From NCBI RefSeq assembly GCF_009914755.1, contig NC_060928.1: a stretch of 64,000 nt of DNA; one strand, written 5' to 3'. How positions within the stretch are numbered: position 1 is the stretch's first letter; every line of letters starts with the position of its first letter. A program made the position numbers and the translations under genes. The notes below the pieces were generated by a model that ran no database searches, was not told the DNA's origin, and saw only the letters and a list, made by a program, of their open reading frames with translations. Positions 13,531-25,869 of the stretch are shown here, piece by piece. Source of the stretch: the human T2T-CHM13v2.0 reference genome, Homo sapiens.

Positions 13531-14820
13531 AACTCAGAGAACCTAAATATTTGCGCTGGTACTGAATTTAACTCAGACTGCTTATAAAGTTCTATTCTTT
13601 CTATTCCACCATGCTGTCTCTAAAATTAACCGCAATATTATATATCTTTAATGTCTTTGTAGGTAAAGCATGGTAGAGAAGCAGAAACTATAGCAGTGGT
13701 TTTAAACTTTTAAAAGGAGTTACAGAATTCATCTCACTTAAATGACAAAATTTATTTTACACATAAATTAGGACACTTCCACTATATTTATATTATTATA
13801 ACTTTATAATTATTTTATCAATAGATATGTGTCTAAGAACGAATGAGAAAACCAAGAACCCAAAAATAGTTAAGGGTAGCTAATTCTCTTACTGAATCGA
13901 CTAGACCATTTGCATAGCACTTATCATGTGCCAGACACTGTGGTGGATAGTGCCAGTGAGATAAGGTGATGATTTTTGTGAAAAAAATCACAGCATAGTG
14001 AAAAAAAAAAATGTGTATAAGACAACCATAGGCCAAACTTTTTTAAGTTGTCTTTACTCTTTTTTCCCCAGCCTATATCCATAAATTTTATTTGTTCACT
14101 GTCAAAATATACCCTAAAGACAACTCCTTCTCCCAATTCCACTGGCACCACTATGAAAGTCTTCTAACTCTTTCTCTACATTGAAGCTTCTCTTCCTTCT
14201 TATCTTTGCTCGATATTAGCTACAGTCATCATTTTAACACTTTAGTCACGTGACAGCCTTTTCCCACTCAGTTTTCTTCAGTGGCATTCCATTTATTGAA
14301 ATGAGCACTTTCCACATGCACAACACTATTTTTAGTGCTGATTGCACTCACTTGTTCCTGAGACATGTCTCTGATCCTGATCAGTAAATTAAGGCATAGA
14401 GAAATGAAGCATTTTGCCCAAAGTCATCTAACCAGTAGGTGGCAGTCAACTTTGACGTCCATGGACTCTCTGCTTTAGCTCTATTCAAACTGCCCGATTG
14501 TGAATGTGTACTTTCCAATATTCCTTTTCTTCTGCCTTCTTAATATTAGACTCCCACTCTTAGCTAGACATGTGGATGCTTCAAAAACCATACTCCCCAA
14601 CTGCTCTCCGAGCTCATTGCAGCCTTGTGCCTCAGTTATCAGCAAAAAAAAAAAGTAAGAATTGTTTTGAGGCAGGTTTCCAGATATCTAGAGAGTGCCT
14701 TAGACCCTTCTTTTTTATTGTTCCTTTTCCTGATTGCTGGGATGCAGACAATGACAGGTGCTTTAGCAGATAGTGGGCAAGGGTAGAGTTGCTTAAGATT
14801 GTATGCCCCACAAGAGGCAT

Positions 14821-15088
14821 ACCCTTGCATCATTATGCCCTGGATGTGAGATACGGAGTCAAAGGAGATTATTTTGTAGCTTGCCCCTTTGTCCTCTCTC
14901 TCCTGCCACCATGTAAATAAGATGCTTGCTTCTCCTTTGCCTTCCACCATGATTGTAAGTTTCCTGAGGCCTCTCAGTTATGCTTTTTGTTAAGCCTGCA
15001 GAACTGTGAGTCAGTTAAAACTCTTTCCTTCATAAATTACCCAGTCTCAGGTAGTTCTTTATAGCACTATGAAAAAGAGACTAACACA
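14821..15088 (+). mobile_element. MSTA-type MaLR: internal-region fragment joined to the 3' half of the LTR
   Basis: gccctggatgtgagatacggagtcaaaggagattatttt (MST/THE1 internal) followed by ctcctgccaccatgt ... ccatgattgtaagtttcctgaggcc ... aaattacccagtctcaggtagttctttatagca. Confidence 0.8.
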
Positions 15089-15149
15089 GGCTACTACAGG
15101 AAAGCTAAATGTAATATGTTTACAATTTCTGTGATTGGTATCAAAGCCA

Positions 15150-15370
15150 ATCATAATATGTGCCGGGTACTGTTACACATCTCACAGGGATTGATGTAGT
15201 TCAAATTCTCAACACCATCATGAGGTAGATTCTAATTCTGTCTCCATTTGAGAGATGGGAAATTGAGGCTCAGAAAGGTGAATAACTAACCAAAGATCAA
15301 TGTATCTGTAAGCATTGAAAGTTGAAGTTGAACCCCAATCATCTGACAGCTTGTACATCCCTGTCTGGTG
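15150..15370 (-). mobile_element. MIR SINE
   Basis: ccatttgagagatgggaaattgaggctcagaaaggtgaataac (reverse MIR core). Confidence 0.75.
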
Positions 15371-15529
15371 CCTCTCATCAGAGACTGCATAATTCTGTTT
15401 CATCATGATTACTTGTTTAGTATTGGTTTTTCATAACTTTGAGATATTCTCCAGGCCAGGAATCAAACCTTATCAGCAGAAATTCTAGAGCCAGTGAAGT
15501 GCCTGATACTTAGGATCTGAATAAATATT

Positions 15530-16560
15530 TTTATTTTGAGTTTTTTCAAATTCATACAAATTTATGGGGTGCAAGTGCAATTTTGTTACATGCATAGATT
15601 GCATAATGGTCAAGTCAGTGGGTTTAGGGCATCCATCACCTGAATAAAATACACTGTACTCATTAAGTAATTTTTCATCATTCCCTCTTCTCCCAACTCC
15701 TCATCCTTCTAAGTCTCCACTCTCTATCATTACACACTCTATGTCCTTATGTATGCATTTTTGTGCATGTGTGTGTGTGAGACAAGTTCTCCCTCTGTCA
15801 TCCAGGCTGGAGTGCAGTGGTACGATCCTGGCTCATTGCAACCTCAGCCTCCTAGGTTCAAGCAATTCTCCTGCCTCAGCCTCTTAACTAGCTAGGATTA
15901 TAGGCACGCACCTCCACACCCAGCTAATTTTTGTATTTTTAGTAGAGACTTGTCTCAACATGTTGGCTAGGCTGGTCTCAAACTCCTGGACTCAAGTGAT
16001 CTGCCTGCCTTGACCTCCCAAAGCGGTGGGATTACAGGCATGAGCCACTGCGCCCAGTCGTATGTACATTTTTTAACTCACTTTTGAGAACATGTGACAT
16101 TTGTCTTTCTGTGTATGACTTATTAAGATAATGACCTCCAGTTCTATTAATGTTGCTGCAAAAGACATGATTTCATTCTTTGTTATGGCTAAATAATATT
16201 CCATTGTGTATGTATACCACATTTTCTTTATCCAGTCACCCACTGATGGACACTTAGGTTGATTCCATATCTTTCTGCTGTGAACAATGTTGTGATAAAC
16301 TATCAGGTAGAGACCCAATGGTAGGATTGCTGGATCAAATGGTCGTTCTATTTTTAGTTATTTGAGACATCTACATATTGTTTTCTATAAGGGTTGTACC
16401 AATTTACATTTCAACCAACAGTGTATAAGCATTCCCCGTTTTCCCACACCCTCACTAATGCCTGTTATTTTTTGACTTTTTATAATAGCCATTCTAACTG
16501 AGAAAGACAATAACTCATTGTAATTTTCATTTGCATTTCTATGATGATCATTGACATTGA
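15530..16560 (-). mobile_element. L1 3' fragment (L1PB4/L1MA-like), interrupted by an Alu
   Basis: Reverse 3'UTR atttatggggtgcaagtgcaattttgttacatgcatagattgca. ORF track 16073..16318 gives the ORF2p C-terminus ([19 protein letters not shown]). Confidence 0.9.
15762..16059 (-). mobile_element. AluS nested in the L1; tail partly converted to a (CA)n/(TG)n repeat
   Basis: Dimeric Alu. Degenerate TSD tatgtatgcattttt / tatgtacatttttt. Confidence 0.95.
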
Positions 16561-16562
16561 TT

Positions 16563-16836
<274 letters not shown>

Positions 16837-18334
16837 TAATATTTAAATTATGTTTTTAGGCTGAAGCAAATCTATTCCTTATCATTAGCTAACTAAACTA
16901 ACAGTAATTCACATAGTAAAACAATCAAAAAATGATCCTGGAATTTTCATTTAGGAGCATAAATCTGTATACATTAAGTATTAAAGTCTGAATTCAATTA
17001 AAACATGCAATTTGATTGCAACATAATGTAAAAACTTTGCTCCAGGTAAAATCCTGCCAATTGCACTTCTCTGATGTATACGGCTTTTTAAATATTACAG
17101 CAACATGATAAAAGATCATACCTTCAGTTTTGGTCTTGTAGATTTATATGACATTGGCTTTCTTCCTCATCTGAATCCATTTTCTTTTTGTTCTGTGTCA
17201 TACAGAGGACAGATCATTTACTTTAGCCAACTCTGAAAGATGCTGGAATTTTTTTTTCCTCATTGCTGTTCATTTGCTCAGCTTTATCCCCACTTCCATG
17301 CATACATCCACAGGGTAAAACAGCTAGATTTTTGGAGATGCCAGTAAAATACACAGTCTCTTTATGGTAAATAAAAAGCCATACACTATTCATCAGTCCC
17401 CTCTCTGTCTTTGTTCACAGAGTTGCATATGTGGAAGCAAAGACAACCAGCCTCTATTGTCAAAAAGTCAACTGCTTTCAAGCAGTTACCCTGGCTCAAT
17501 TCCTACCTTTCAGCAGATGCATGACTATTTTCCCAGACCTGCATTACAAATCATAACCTGTGAACTGCCAAAGAGAACCAGCAATTCCCAGACCAAATTC
17601 TTGAAACTAAAGAATAAGAGCACCCGTGGAATTGAGTAACACCAAAGTAAGATTCCCAGTGAGATGCTCTAATTCTTACCAAGGTTCATCTGCCCTGTTC
17701 CAGGCACAAATATCACTAAGAATTGCCAGGAGCTGGAGGAAACACTGGCAGAAGTGGAAAAAGGCCTCCCACAACATATTCAGAAAACCTTAATTAAATC
17801 CTCATGGCTTTCATTTGCCAAAATGGGAGCATGATGAATGAATGTGATACATTATACACATTTAGACTAGCAAAATTTCCAAGTGTGAGCACTAAAGGAA
17901 AAATAGCAGAAATGGTTTGCATGGCAAAATTTCCATTTATTTCTTTCTATAATGAGTTGTTTAAAGTTGTGAGTATCCTTAGATCCCCAGAGGAAAGGCA
18001 TTTTATTTTATTCAAGATTTCATTTCTTCAATTTGGACTTTGCATATACACTGCCAAGCCTTCACTAGTATCATCACACACATACTGCAGATTCCCCAAT
18101 AGGACGCCTCTTCTAAGTTTTGTTACAGAGCCATATTTGATCTGTAGTAGCAGCAATGCTTTTAACACCAGCTCTTTTTCACTACTGTTATTCAGATGGA
18201 GTACTCACCACAGTTCAATATTTCTTGCCAACCTCTGAAAAATCAAAGCCATGAAATACAGACAAAGGGATTCCAGGTCATTGGACATGATTTTAGGCTA
18301 CCTCTGACAAAAGCAACAGCAAATTGAGAAAACA

Positions 18335-18590
18335 TTTTTTATTAAACACTTACATTGCCTCAGCATAGTCCTAAGCATTTTATATGTATTAGGTCATTTA
18401 ATTCTCTGGACAACTCCATGATACAGTTGTCATTATTATTGACTTTTTTTTGCCACAGATGAGGAAATCGAGTCCCAGAAAACTTAAATTAACTGTCCAA
18501 AATGACAGGAAGTAAGTAGTTGTGCCAAGATTCAAATCCAGGCCGTCTTTTTTCCAGAGTCCAGTCTTTTAACTACAATATGCTGCTACC
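18335..18590 (-). mobile_element. MIR SINE, near full length
   Basis: acagatgaggaaatcgagtcccaga ... gccaagattcaaatccagg ... ccagagtccagtcttttaactac. Confidence 0.8.
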
Positions 18591-18715
18591 TCTCATTAAC
18601 AGTCATAGCTAACATTATTTATGCACACTCTAGGTCTTTCCTAAGTTCTTAGCAAAAGTGGGGTCACTCTTTATAAAGTGCTCTTCAGACTGTGAAATAA
18701 CCTTACCTTCCTGGG

Positions 18716-19080
18716 TACCGTGATTTGAATGTTGCTGTCCCCTGCCTCAAAATTAATATGTTGAATCTAACCCCCAAAATGGTATTAACAGGTGAGGCTT
18801 TGGGGACATAATTAGGTCACGAGAGATGAGCCCTCATGAAAGGAATTAGTGCCCTTATAAAAGAAGAGGCTCAAGCAAGTTTCCATTCCTCTTCCACCAT
18901 GTAAGGCAACAGCCAGAAGGTGCCATCTATGAAAATGCAGGCCCTCATCAGACTCTGAATCTGCCAGCACCTTGATCTCATATTTCTCCACCTCCAGAAC
19001 TGTGAGAAATACATTTCTGCTGTTTATAAAGTACCAGTTTATGTATTTTGTTACAGCAGCCCAAATGGACTGTGTATTCA
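18716..19080 (+). mobile_element. MLT1A0-like MaLR solo LTR
   Basis: gagccctcatgaaaggaattagtgcccttataaaagaagagg ... cctccagaactgtgagaaatacatttctg ... gcagcccaaatggact. Confidence 0.85.
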
Positions 19081-20150
19081 ATTGATGTTAAAGTGGTAGT
19101 ACCTGGAGGTATAGTCTTCAGTTCATATTTTCATGGTGGACTATAGGAATGAAGAGGCAGAAATATAATGTAGCTGTTTGAAATGGGTGTCTTTGGTTCA
19201 CACAACAAATATTTTCAGTTAACCATTCCCTTTACAAAACTGACAAAAATGGGACAAGAATGGCATTTCAATTTACTATGATTTATTACTTTGTTAATAA
19301 TTATTTTATCCCATTTGGCAATCCCTTTTTATATGCTCAGTTTAATAGTTAAATATTACATAAAGAAACAGCTTAAGCCATCTGTAGGAAAATTTAACCT
19401 AAACGCAATGTGGTTTATGTTCACTGCTTTTTATACTGGGATTATTCAAAAATTATTTAAATCATTCAGTTCAGAACCCTGATTCAAATTATAACTGGAG
19501 TGAGAAAATGGATAAGGAATCTCAAGGTAGCATATGAGAAAAGAGGTATGTATATAGCAAGAGATAAATCAAATATTGCTTTAAGAAAGAAAAAAATGGT
19601 TTTCATTGCTTTTAGTGTATTAAAACATGTTGCAGGTTTTGGAGGATATCTGAGTATGAGTAAGAATAAGACAAGGAGATGAAATTTCTCTGCTTGAGAA
19701 AGTAATAGCAATGTGGAGATTTCCCATTTGGTAGCCTGGTGGAAGTAGTAAAAGATATCAGACTAGGAGGCTCAAAGAGATGGTGACAAGCTGAGGTCTA
19801 ATGAAGCACGATAGTCAGCAAGAAATTTCCCTTGGTATGGAAGACATAATAAATATTTAAGACAGTGGTTTCTACTTAAATTTTTTTTCTGTGGGCTCTA
19901 ATTATCCTTTACTACACCTTTGGTAAGTGTCCGTAATATACAATAGCCTATGTAAGCAATGATTTACAAAAATGAAGGGAAGGATCAAGCCATTTGGGTT
20001 TGGCATGACAGCAGTTGCAGGAGCTTAGGGTGATGATGAGAATGAGCTTAAAATGATGAAGTCAAATGTAGCACCTTCCTTGAGGAGGATTTCAAGACCT
20101 CTAATATTGATGGCAATATAGAGATGACCCCAGAAAGTTAGACCAGCTGA

Positions 20151-20204
20151 TCTCTCTCTCTCTCTCTCTCTATCTGTCTATCTATCTATCTATCATCTAT
20201 CTAT
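20151..20204. repeat. Compound (TC)n(TATC)n microsatellite
   Basis: Read directly from the sequence. Confidence 0.95.
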
Positions 20205-20700
20205 TGAGACAATGCAGACAGACAGAAAGGGAGGAAGAGAGTTTATTTTCCTTAAGGAATTTTAATTATTTTCACAAAGGGCCTACAGAGAAAGATGCCC
20301 ACCCTGCCCACCCCCACTACCCCACTCTCACTTCCACAATTACTACGGAAAGAGATCAAATTAACACATGGAACTAACACAGCAGACAATTTCCACAGTA
20401 GTCACTGCATCAAGACAGAGACCAAGATTCCAAACTAGAAATATAATAATCACATTATTACCTTTTCTCTAATAAAACAATGACCTCAATCCAGTGGTTT
20501 TATTCAAAATAAAATTAAAAATTATTTCATTTGGCCTGTAATTATTTATATTTTTATGCCAATAATAAATTGTTATTATGTAGAAGAAGGAAAAGGAACC
20601 AATTTTAAATAGATTTGTTACTTTTAAAGTCTGGCTGTGTATTGGCTTTTATTTTGTAGCCAGGATGTCCATGACTACATGCATAAATTGAGTAATGAGA

Positions 20701-21073
20701 TATCTTAGTCCATTTTCTGCTGCTGTAACAGAATACTTGTGACTAGGTAATTTATAAAGAACAGATATTTATTTCTTACTTTTCTGGAGGCTGGAAGGTC
20801 CAAGATCAAGGAGCCCATCTTGAGAGGGACTTCTTATTGTGTCATCTTGTGGCAAAAGGCAGAAGAGCAAAAAAGAACAAAAGGGCTGAACTCACTTCTA
20901 CAACAAACCTACTCCGATCATTAAACCACCCCAGAGATAACAGCATTTATCTACCCATGAGGGCAGAGTCCTCATGATCTAATCATCTCATGAAGGTCTG
21001 ACTTCTCAACATTGTGCATTGAGGATCAAGTTTCCAACACATGAACTTTGGGGAAAATACTCAATCAAAAGCA
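20701..21073 (-). mobile_element. MST-family (MSTB/C/D-like) MaLR solo LTR
   Basis: tcttagtccattttctgctgctgtaacagaatac ... catgagggcagagtcctcatgatctaatca ... caacacatgaactttgggg. Flanks tgaga/agaga are a 4-of-5 TSD match. Confidence 0.85.
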
Positions 21074-22049
21074 AGAGAATATATTTGTGAGCTAATTGTG
21101 GGACTGTTTAGGTATATTAGAAAGAATAAAATCATACAGAACGAACAGTTTTCATCTGGTAGATAAGAGCAAAAGAGAGAAGTACACAATGTTTTATTTG
21201 CACATCATGAAAACTAGGGGTTAGAGTTATTTTAGCTTTAAATATTTATTAGTGAAAAACGAAGAAAAAGAGAAAGAAGGGAAGGAAAGTAAATGAAAAA
21301 GGAAAAACTTATTATCTACAAATGTCCGCTTTTCAGGACTCATAAGGAAGTAAATGGCAGGCTAAGACAATAAATGGAACTATCAAGACATAAAAAATAG
21401 ACTTTCCTAAATTCTATATTTGTATTAGAAGTACATATCTTTGATTTCACCCTTACTGTAGATGGATGGTACTACATAAATAGACATAAAATAAATAGAA
21501 TCTGCTGAAGCAAAGTGCAGGTAGGTCAATGGCTGAGTTTCTAGGGACAGCACCACCGCTCATGGCATAGAAATAGAAACTGATTATTGTCTATAATTAA
21601 AACAAAACCCAAACCAGAAACAGATGTTTCCTAACTCAGTGAAAGCACATGTCATTTAGTGGATATAACTATTGTTGGAGTTTCTTGTTTCTAAAAAATA
21701 AAAAGTTGTCTCCTTTCCTGTATACTTGGCCCTTCCTTTGCTTTAGTTACTGTTATTGAAGACTCCATTTCCGAGCTTCTACAAGGGTGAGTAGTCATTT
21801 CATCAGGAAGACCCATCTACACTTTCTCTTCTGGGCTTCAAACATGATATGCCAACAGTTTTGCATTCATCAACCCTGGAAGAAAGTAGGGTACTCTTTC
21901 AGTATATAAGTCCTATGTCTTTCCCCTCTCTCTACACACAGTAATTTGGAAATGAAGAATTAATAGTTCATGATAATTTGTTTTATATTAAAAATCCACA
22001 ACCACAAATGCTAATGATGAATATCTTGTTTTTGCCTCTGTTATTTTCA

Positions 22050-22890
22050 AGACTGGTTATATACAACCACTTTAAAGAAGTGACAGCTTTGACACTTTCC
22101 TGTAAAGTTAAATATATTACCAGGGGTGGTGGCTCACGGTTGTAATCCTAGCACTTTGGGAAGCTGAGGTGGGCGGATCACATGAGGCCAGGAGTTTGAG
22201 ACCAGCTTGGTCAACACATCAAAACCCCATCTCTACTGAAAATACAAAAATTAGCTGGGCATGATGGTGCACACCTGTAATCCCAGGCACTCAGATGGCT
22301 GAAGCACAAGAATCACTTGAACCCAGGAGGTGGAGTTTCCAGTGAGCTGAGATCACGCCACTGCACTCCAGCCTGGGCAATTGAGAAAGACGCTGTCTCA
22401 AAGACAATAAAACAAAAAATAAAGTTAAACATACACCTACCCTATGACACAGCAATTTCACTCCTATTTACCCAAGGGAAATGAAAATATGTGCAGTCCC
22501 TCAAAAACTTACTAAAGATGTTCTTAGTAGCCTTATTCACAGTTACCAAAAACTATAAATGACCCAATGTGCATCTGGAATATTTGAACAGTGGCATACT
22601 ACTTAGCAAAAAAGGAGATTAGATGATGATGAAGAAGATAGATAGATGATAGATAGATAGATAATGGATGGATAGATATACACATACATGTATAAGTATC
22701 TTGTGTGGGTGTATATATACACTCAACATAAAGAATACAATATAAATAAATCCCACAGATATTTTGCAGAACCAAAGAAGCCATACCAAAATGAGTTTAT
22801 ACAATATGGTTTAATTTATATGATATTCTTGATCAAGCAAACATACTATATAGTGGAAAAAATAGAAAAGTGGTTTTCTCCAGGGTAGGC
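22050..22890 (+). mobile_element. Old L1M 3' fragment interrupted by an Alu and a (TAGA)n repeat (~22620-22680)
   Basis: aaagttaaacatacacctaccctatgacacagcaatttcactccta...tttacccaagggaaatgaaaa (ORF2 C-terminus, LPYDPAI-like). Confidence 0.75.
22119..22420 (+). mobile_element. AluS
   Basis: Dimeric Alu. TSD aaagttaaatatat (22104-22117) / aaagttaaacatac (22421-22434). Confidence 0.95.
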
Positions 22891-23274
22891 TGTGTTGGGC
22901 AAGTTAAGAGAACTATCAGTACCACGAGAAGCATGAACCCCTCGAGACTGTGGCACCCCTCTTCCTCTGCCATCCCACAGCTGCCTCCCAAGAGACCTCC
23001 CACAGCCTTATGGTGATGCAGGAGGTCTTCACCACCAATGTCTTTCCCATCTGTCCTCCCCCAAAAAGACTAGTACAAATAGACCGAGGACACTCGGTCA
23101 GGTAGGAGACTTGGAAACTCGGGTATCAAGAACTGAACCAGACTTGCATCTGGAAATCAAACTAATGAAGTCAGTTCTTTGTGGCTCTCCTGCTCACCCA
23201 AGCTGTCTGGATGAACCCGGATGCATGTTTCCACATTCCCCTGCAAACAGGTGCCAGCAGCATTTGTAACTTAC

Positions 23275-23406
23275 CTGTGGGTGACAGGTGCTGAGCACAG
23301 GTCAGCAGCAGGGCTCCCACGCAGCCTGCAGGCACCATGGGCCGTTTGCTCTGTGGTGCTTTCCAGTTAGGAGTCAACCTGTTAGATTTTTTTTTCCTCT
23401 TTTATA
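23275..23406 (-). other. Candidate first exon: TATA box, ATG, leader-like peptide and splice donor
   Basis: TATAAAAG at 23406-23399, ATG at 23338, MVPAGCVGALLLTCAQHLSPT+G, then CAG|GTAAGT at 23275/23274. Confidence 0.25.
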
Positions 23407-23729
23407 AAATGTAGTCAAGTCACATATAATCCACATCCCTCACAGGTTGCACAACTACCATGAAAATGCATTTCAAGTTTAATTACTTCTTTTCTTTACA
23501 GAGTGAACCTTCTTGATTTTGGGACTCCTATAAAATTATTTCACTAAAAATAATATGACACTTGGGTCTTGCAGTTTTGTATTGCACCATACAAGATTTT
23601 CTTGAGTTCAAGGAACTTTACATATCTCAAACTTCTAGATTATGACCTGCCCCAACTAAGTCTAGACAAGAATAGCAAGAAGTTTACTCTTTGACCCAAA
23701 ACTAGCATCTCTTACACATTTCCTACTCT

Positions 23730-25310
23730 ATGTAAATGGAATCTGCATACTTACTGTTGCTCTTATCAAAATTTTGGAATCATATTTGACCCTGTCTTTT
23801 TCTAACATTCATCGGAAAATACTGTCAGTTCTGCCTTCAAAATATTTTTGTTATTGTTAAGTGGACAAATTTCTTATCCTTAGAGGCTGCATGATAAAGC
23901 ATTTAGGAATGACATCATGATTTTTCTATAAACTACTTTAAGTAGTTTTTCTGTAAACTACTAAATAAGTTGGGCCACCTTAAATTTGTATGTAAACCTA
24001 CATACTTACATGCATACACAAATACTCAGAGGAAGATAAAGAAAGGACAGTGAAATAATAATTGGTTAATCTAAGTGAAATATATATGGTTGCTTATTTT
24101 ATGGTTATTTCCATTTTCTGTAGGTTAAAAATGTTAGAATATAAAGTTTGGGCAAAATGTTGATTCTAAAACATATGCAGAATTTTTCCAGAATCTAACC
24201 ACTTCTTACCATCCCCAACCAACCCTACCTTCTTGTTCTTAGCCACTCTTCTCTTGCCAGGCTACTGAAGCAGCCTCAGAACTCTTCTCCCTGCTTCTGC
24301 CCATATACCTCTATAATCTATTCTCCCTAGCAGATTAATCTTCTTTAAAATTACAATATACCACACTTAAAATGGTGTAATATATGCCGTAAAATATTCC
24401 TATGGCTTTTTAGCTTACTCAGAGTAAAAGCCAAATTTCTGACCATGGCTAATTAGGCTCTTGGATCTGTCCAAATCACCTCTGATCTCTCCTCTGACTC
24501 CTTTTTGCCACTACACATCTGCCACCCTGACTTTCTTCCTATTGTTCCAAAAGAACACTCCCACTGCTTGCTAATATTTGTTCAGTGAGAGAGCCACATA
24601 GTTTACTCCATCATTTCCTTCAAGTCTCAGCTCAAATGTTAACCCCTCAGCCAAAAATTTCCTCATAGGATGAAGCAAAGAAAGTGAGCTCTCCACCACA
24701 GATGGTTTTCCTCTTCCATGATGTCCCTGGTAAGTGGCTGCCCAGACATGGACTACATTTCCTAACTCCCCTTGCATATAGCTGGACCACTTAGCTGTAT
24801 AAAATGCAATGGAATGGAGGAAGAGGAAAGTAAGATCCACCACTCTATGCCTACCCCATAAAATCTCCTATCAGAACTCTACACTCTCTTCCCTTATTTG
24901 CCATCTAGATATTGACGTCCAAGGGAACACTGGAAGCCACACATTGAAGATGGTAGAGTCTCCATTAATCTAGGTCTCTGAATGACTTCAAAGAGCTGAG
25001 CACCCAACTGTCACCAACATATTCATTTGCATATGAATAACAAATTTATATTTGGATAAGCCATTGAGATTTCAAGTTTTATCTGTTACAAGGGCTATTG
25101 TATGCTTTAAATGATACACCATCCTATATACAATAGAAATCCCCTGATATCAAGCTAATATGCCACGCATTTATTTGTTTGTTGTCTATTTTCCCCAGAA
25201 GATCACAAATTGAATGATGTTAGAGACTTATATTGCTTTTGTTCCTCATGTATCATGATTACTTGGAACACCTACTTCTAGGCAGTAGAATCTCAATAAA
25301 TACGCTTTAA
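23730..25310 (+). mobile_element. Fragmented L2 3' region, interrupted by an L1M piece and an MLT1J-like LTR
   Basis: ttctgccttcaaaata, ccagaatctaaccacttcttacca, ttccttcaagtctcagctcaaatgt, ctcaataaata (L2 hallmarks). Confidence 0.65.
24670..25118 (+). mobile_element. MLT1J-like MaLR LTR
   Basis: gactacatttcctaactccccttgca ... ggaagccacacattgaagatggtagag ... taagccattgagatttcaag. Confidence 0.7.
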
Positions 25311-25869
25311 ATAACATGCTGACTTTAACCAATTGAATGTGACTACCTGGAGCAATAGTTTGAGAAGGATTATGACAGTGTATCTGGACTAATATTAAAA
25401 GTTCTATGGTGGATTAATAATTACTATCATGGATTTGATAAGAGAGCTGTGTGTGGTGGCCTTCTGGCTAAATAATTAATGCCCCAGTTCTAGAAATAGT
25501 ACTAATTCAAAGGTATTCACAGACCTAGAGTTTAAAAAAATAATGTAACAGAGTAGCTATTCTTGCTACTGGTTCTGTAGAAGCCTTACTCATTAATTTA
25601 TTCAACCTTCTTTGGCCTTTTATTTTGTATTCATTCTTTCACCAAATAATTATTGATGAAAAATTCTAGTCATGGAAGATAGAGTGGCAAACAAAATACA
25701 GAGTTAAGCAAAATGCAGAGATAAACAAAAATATAAAGACCCTGGGGTTAGTATAGTGGAATAAACAGACTATTTAGATGATTTAATGAATAAATGAATT
25801 AATATCAAGTAGTGATATAAAATAATAGCAGGATGTAACATAAGTAAGGACTCTAGGTTTTGTTCCTAC

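Noticed and set aside
17804-18238. 144-aa plus-strand ORF
   Set aside because: Phe/Ser/Leu-rich composition typical of AT-rich non-coding DNA, with no recognisable domain
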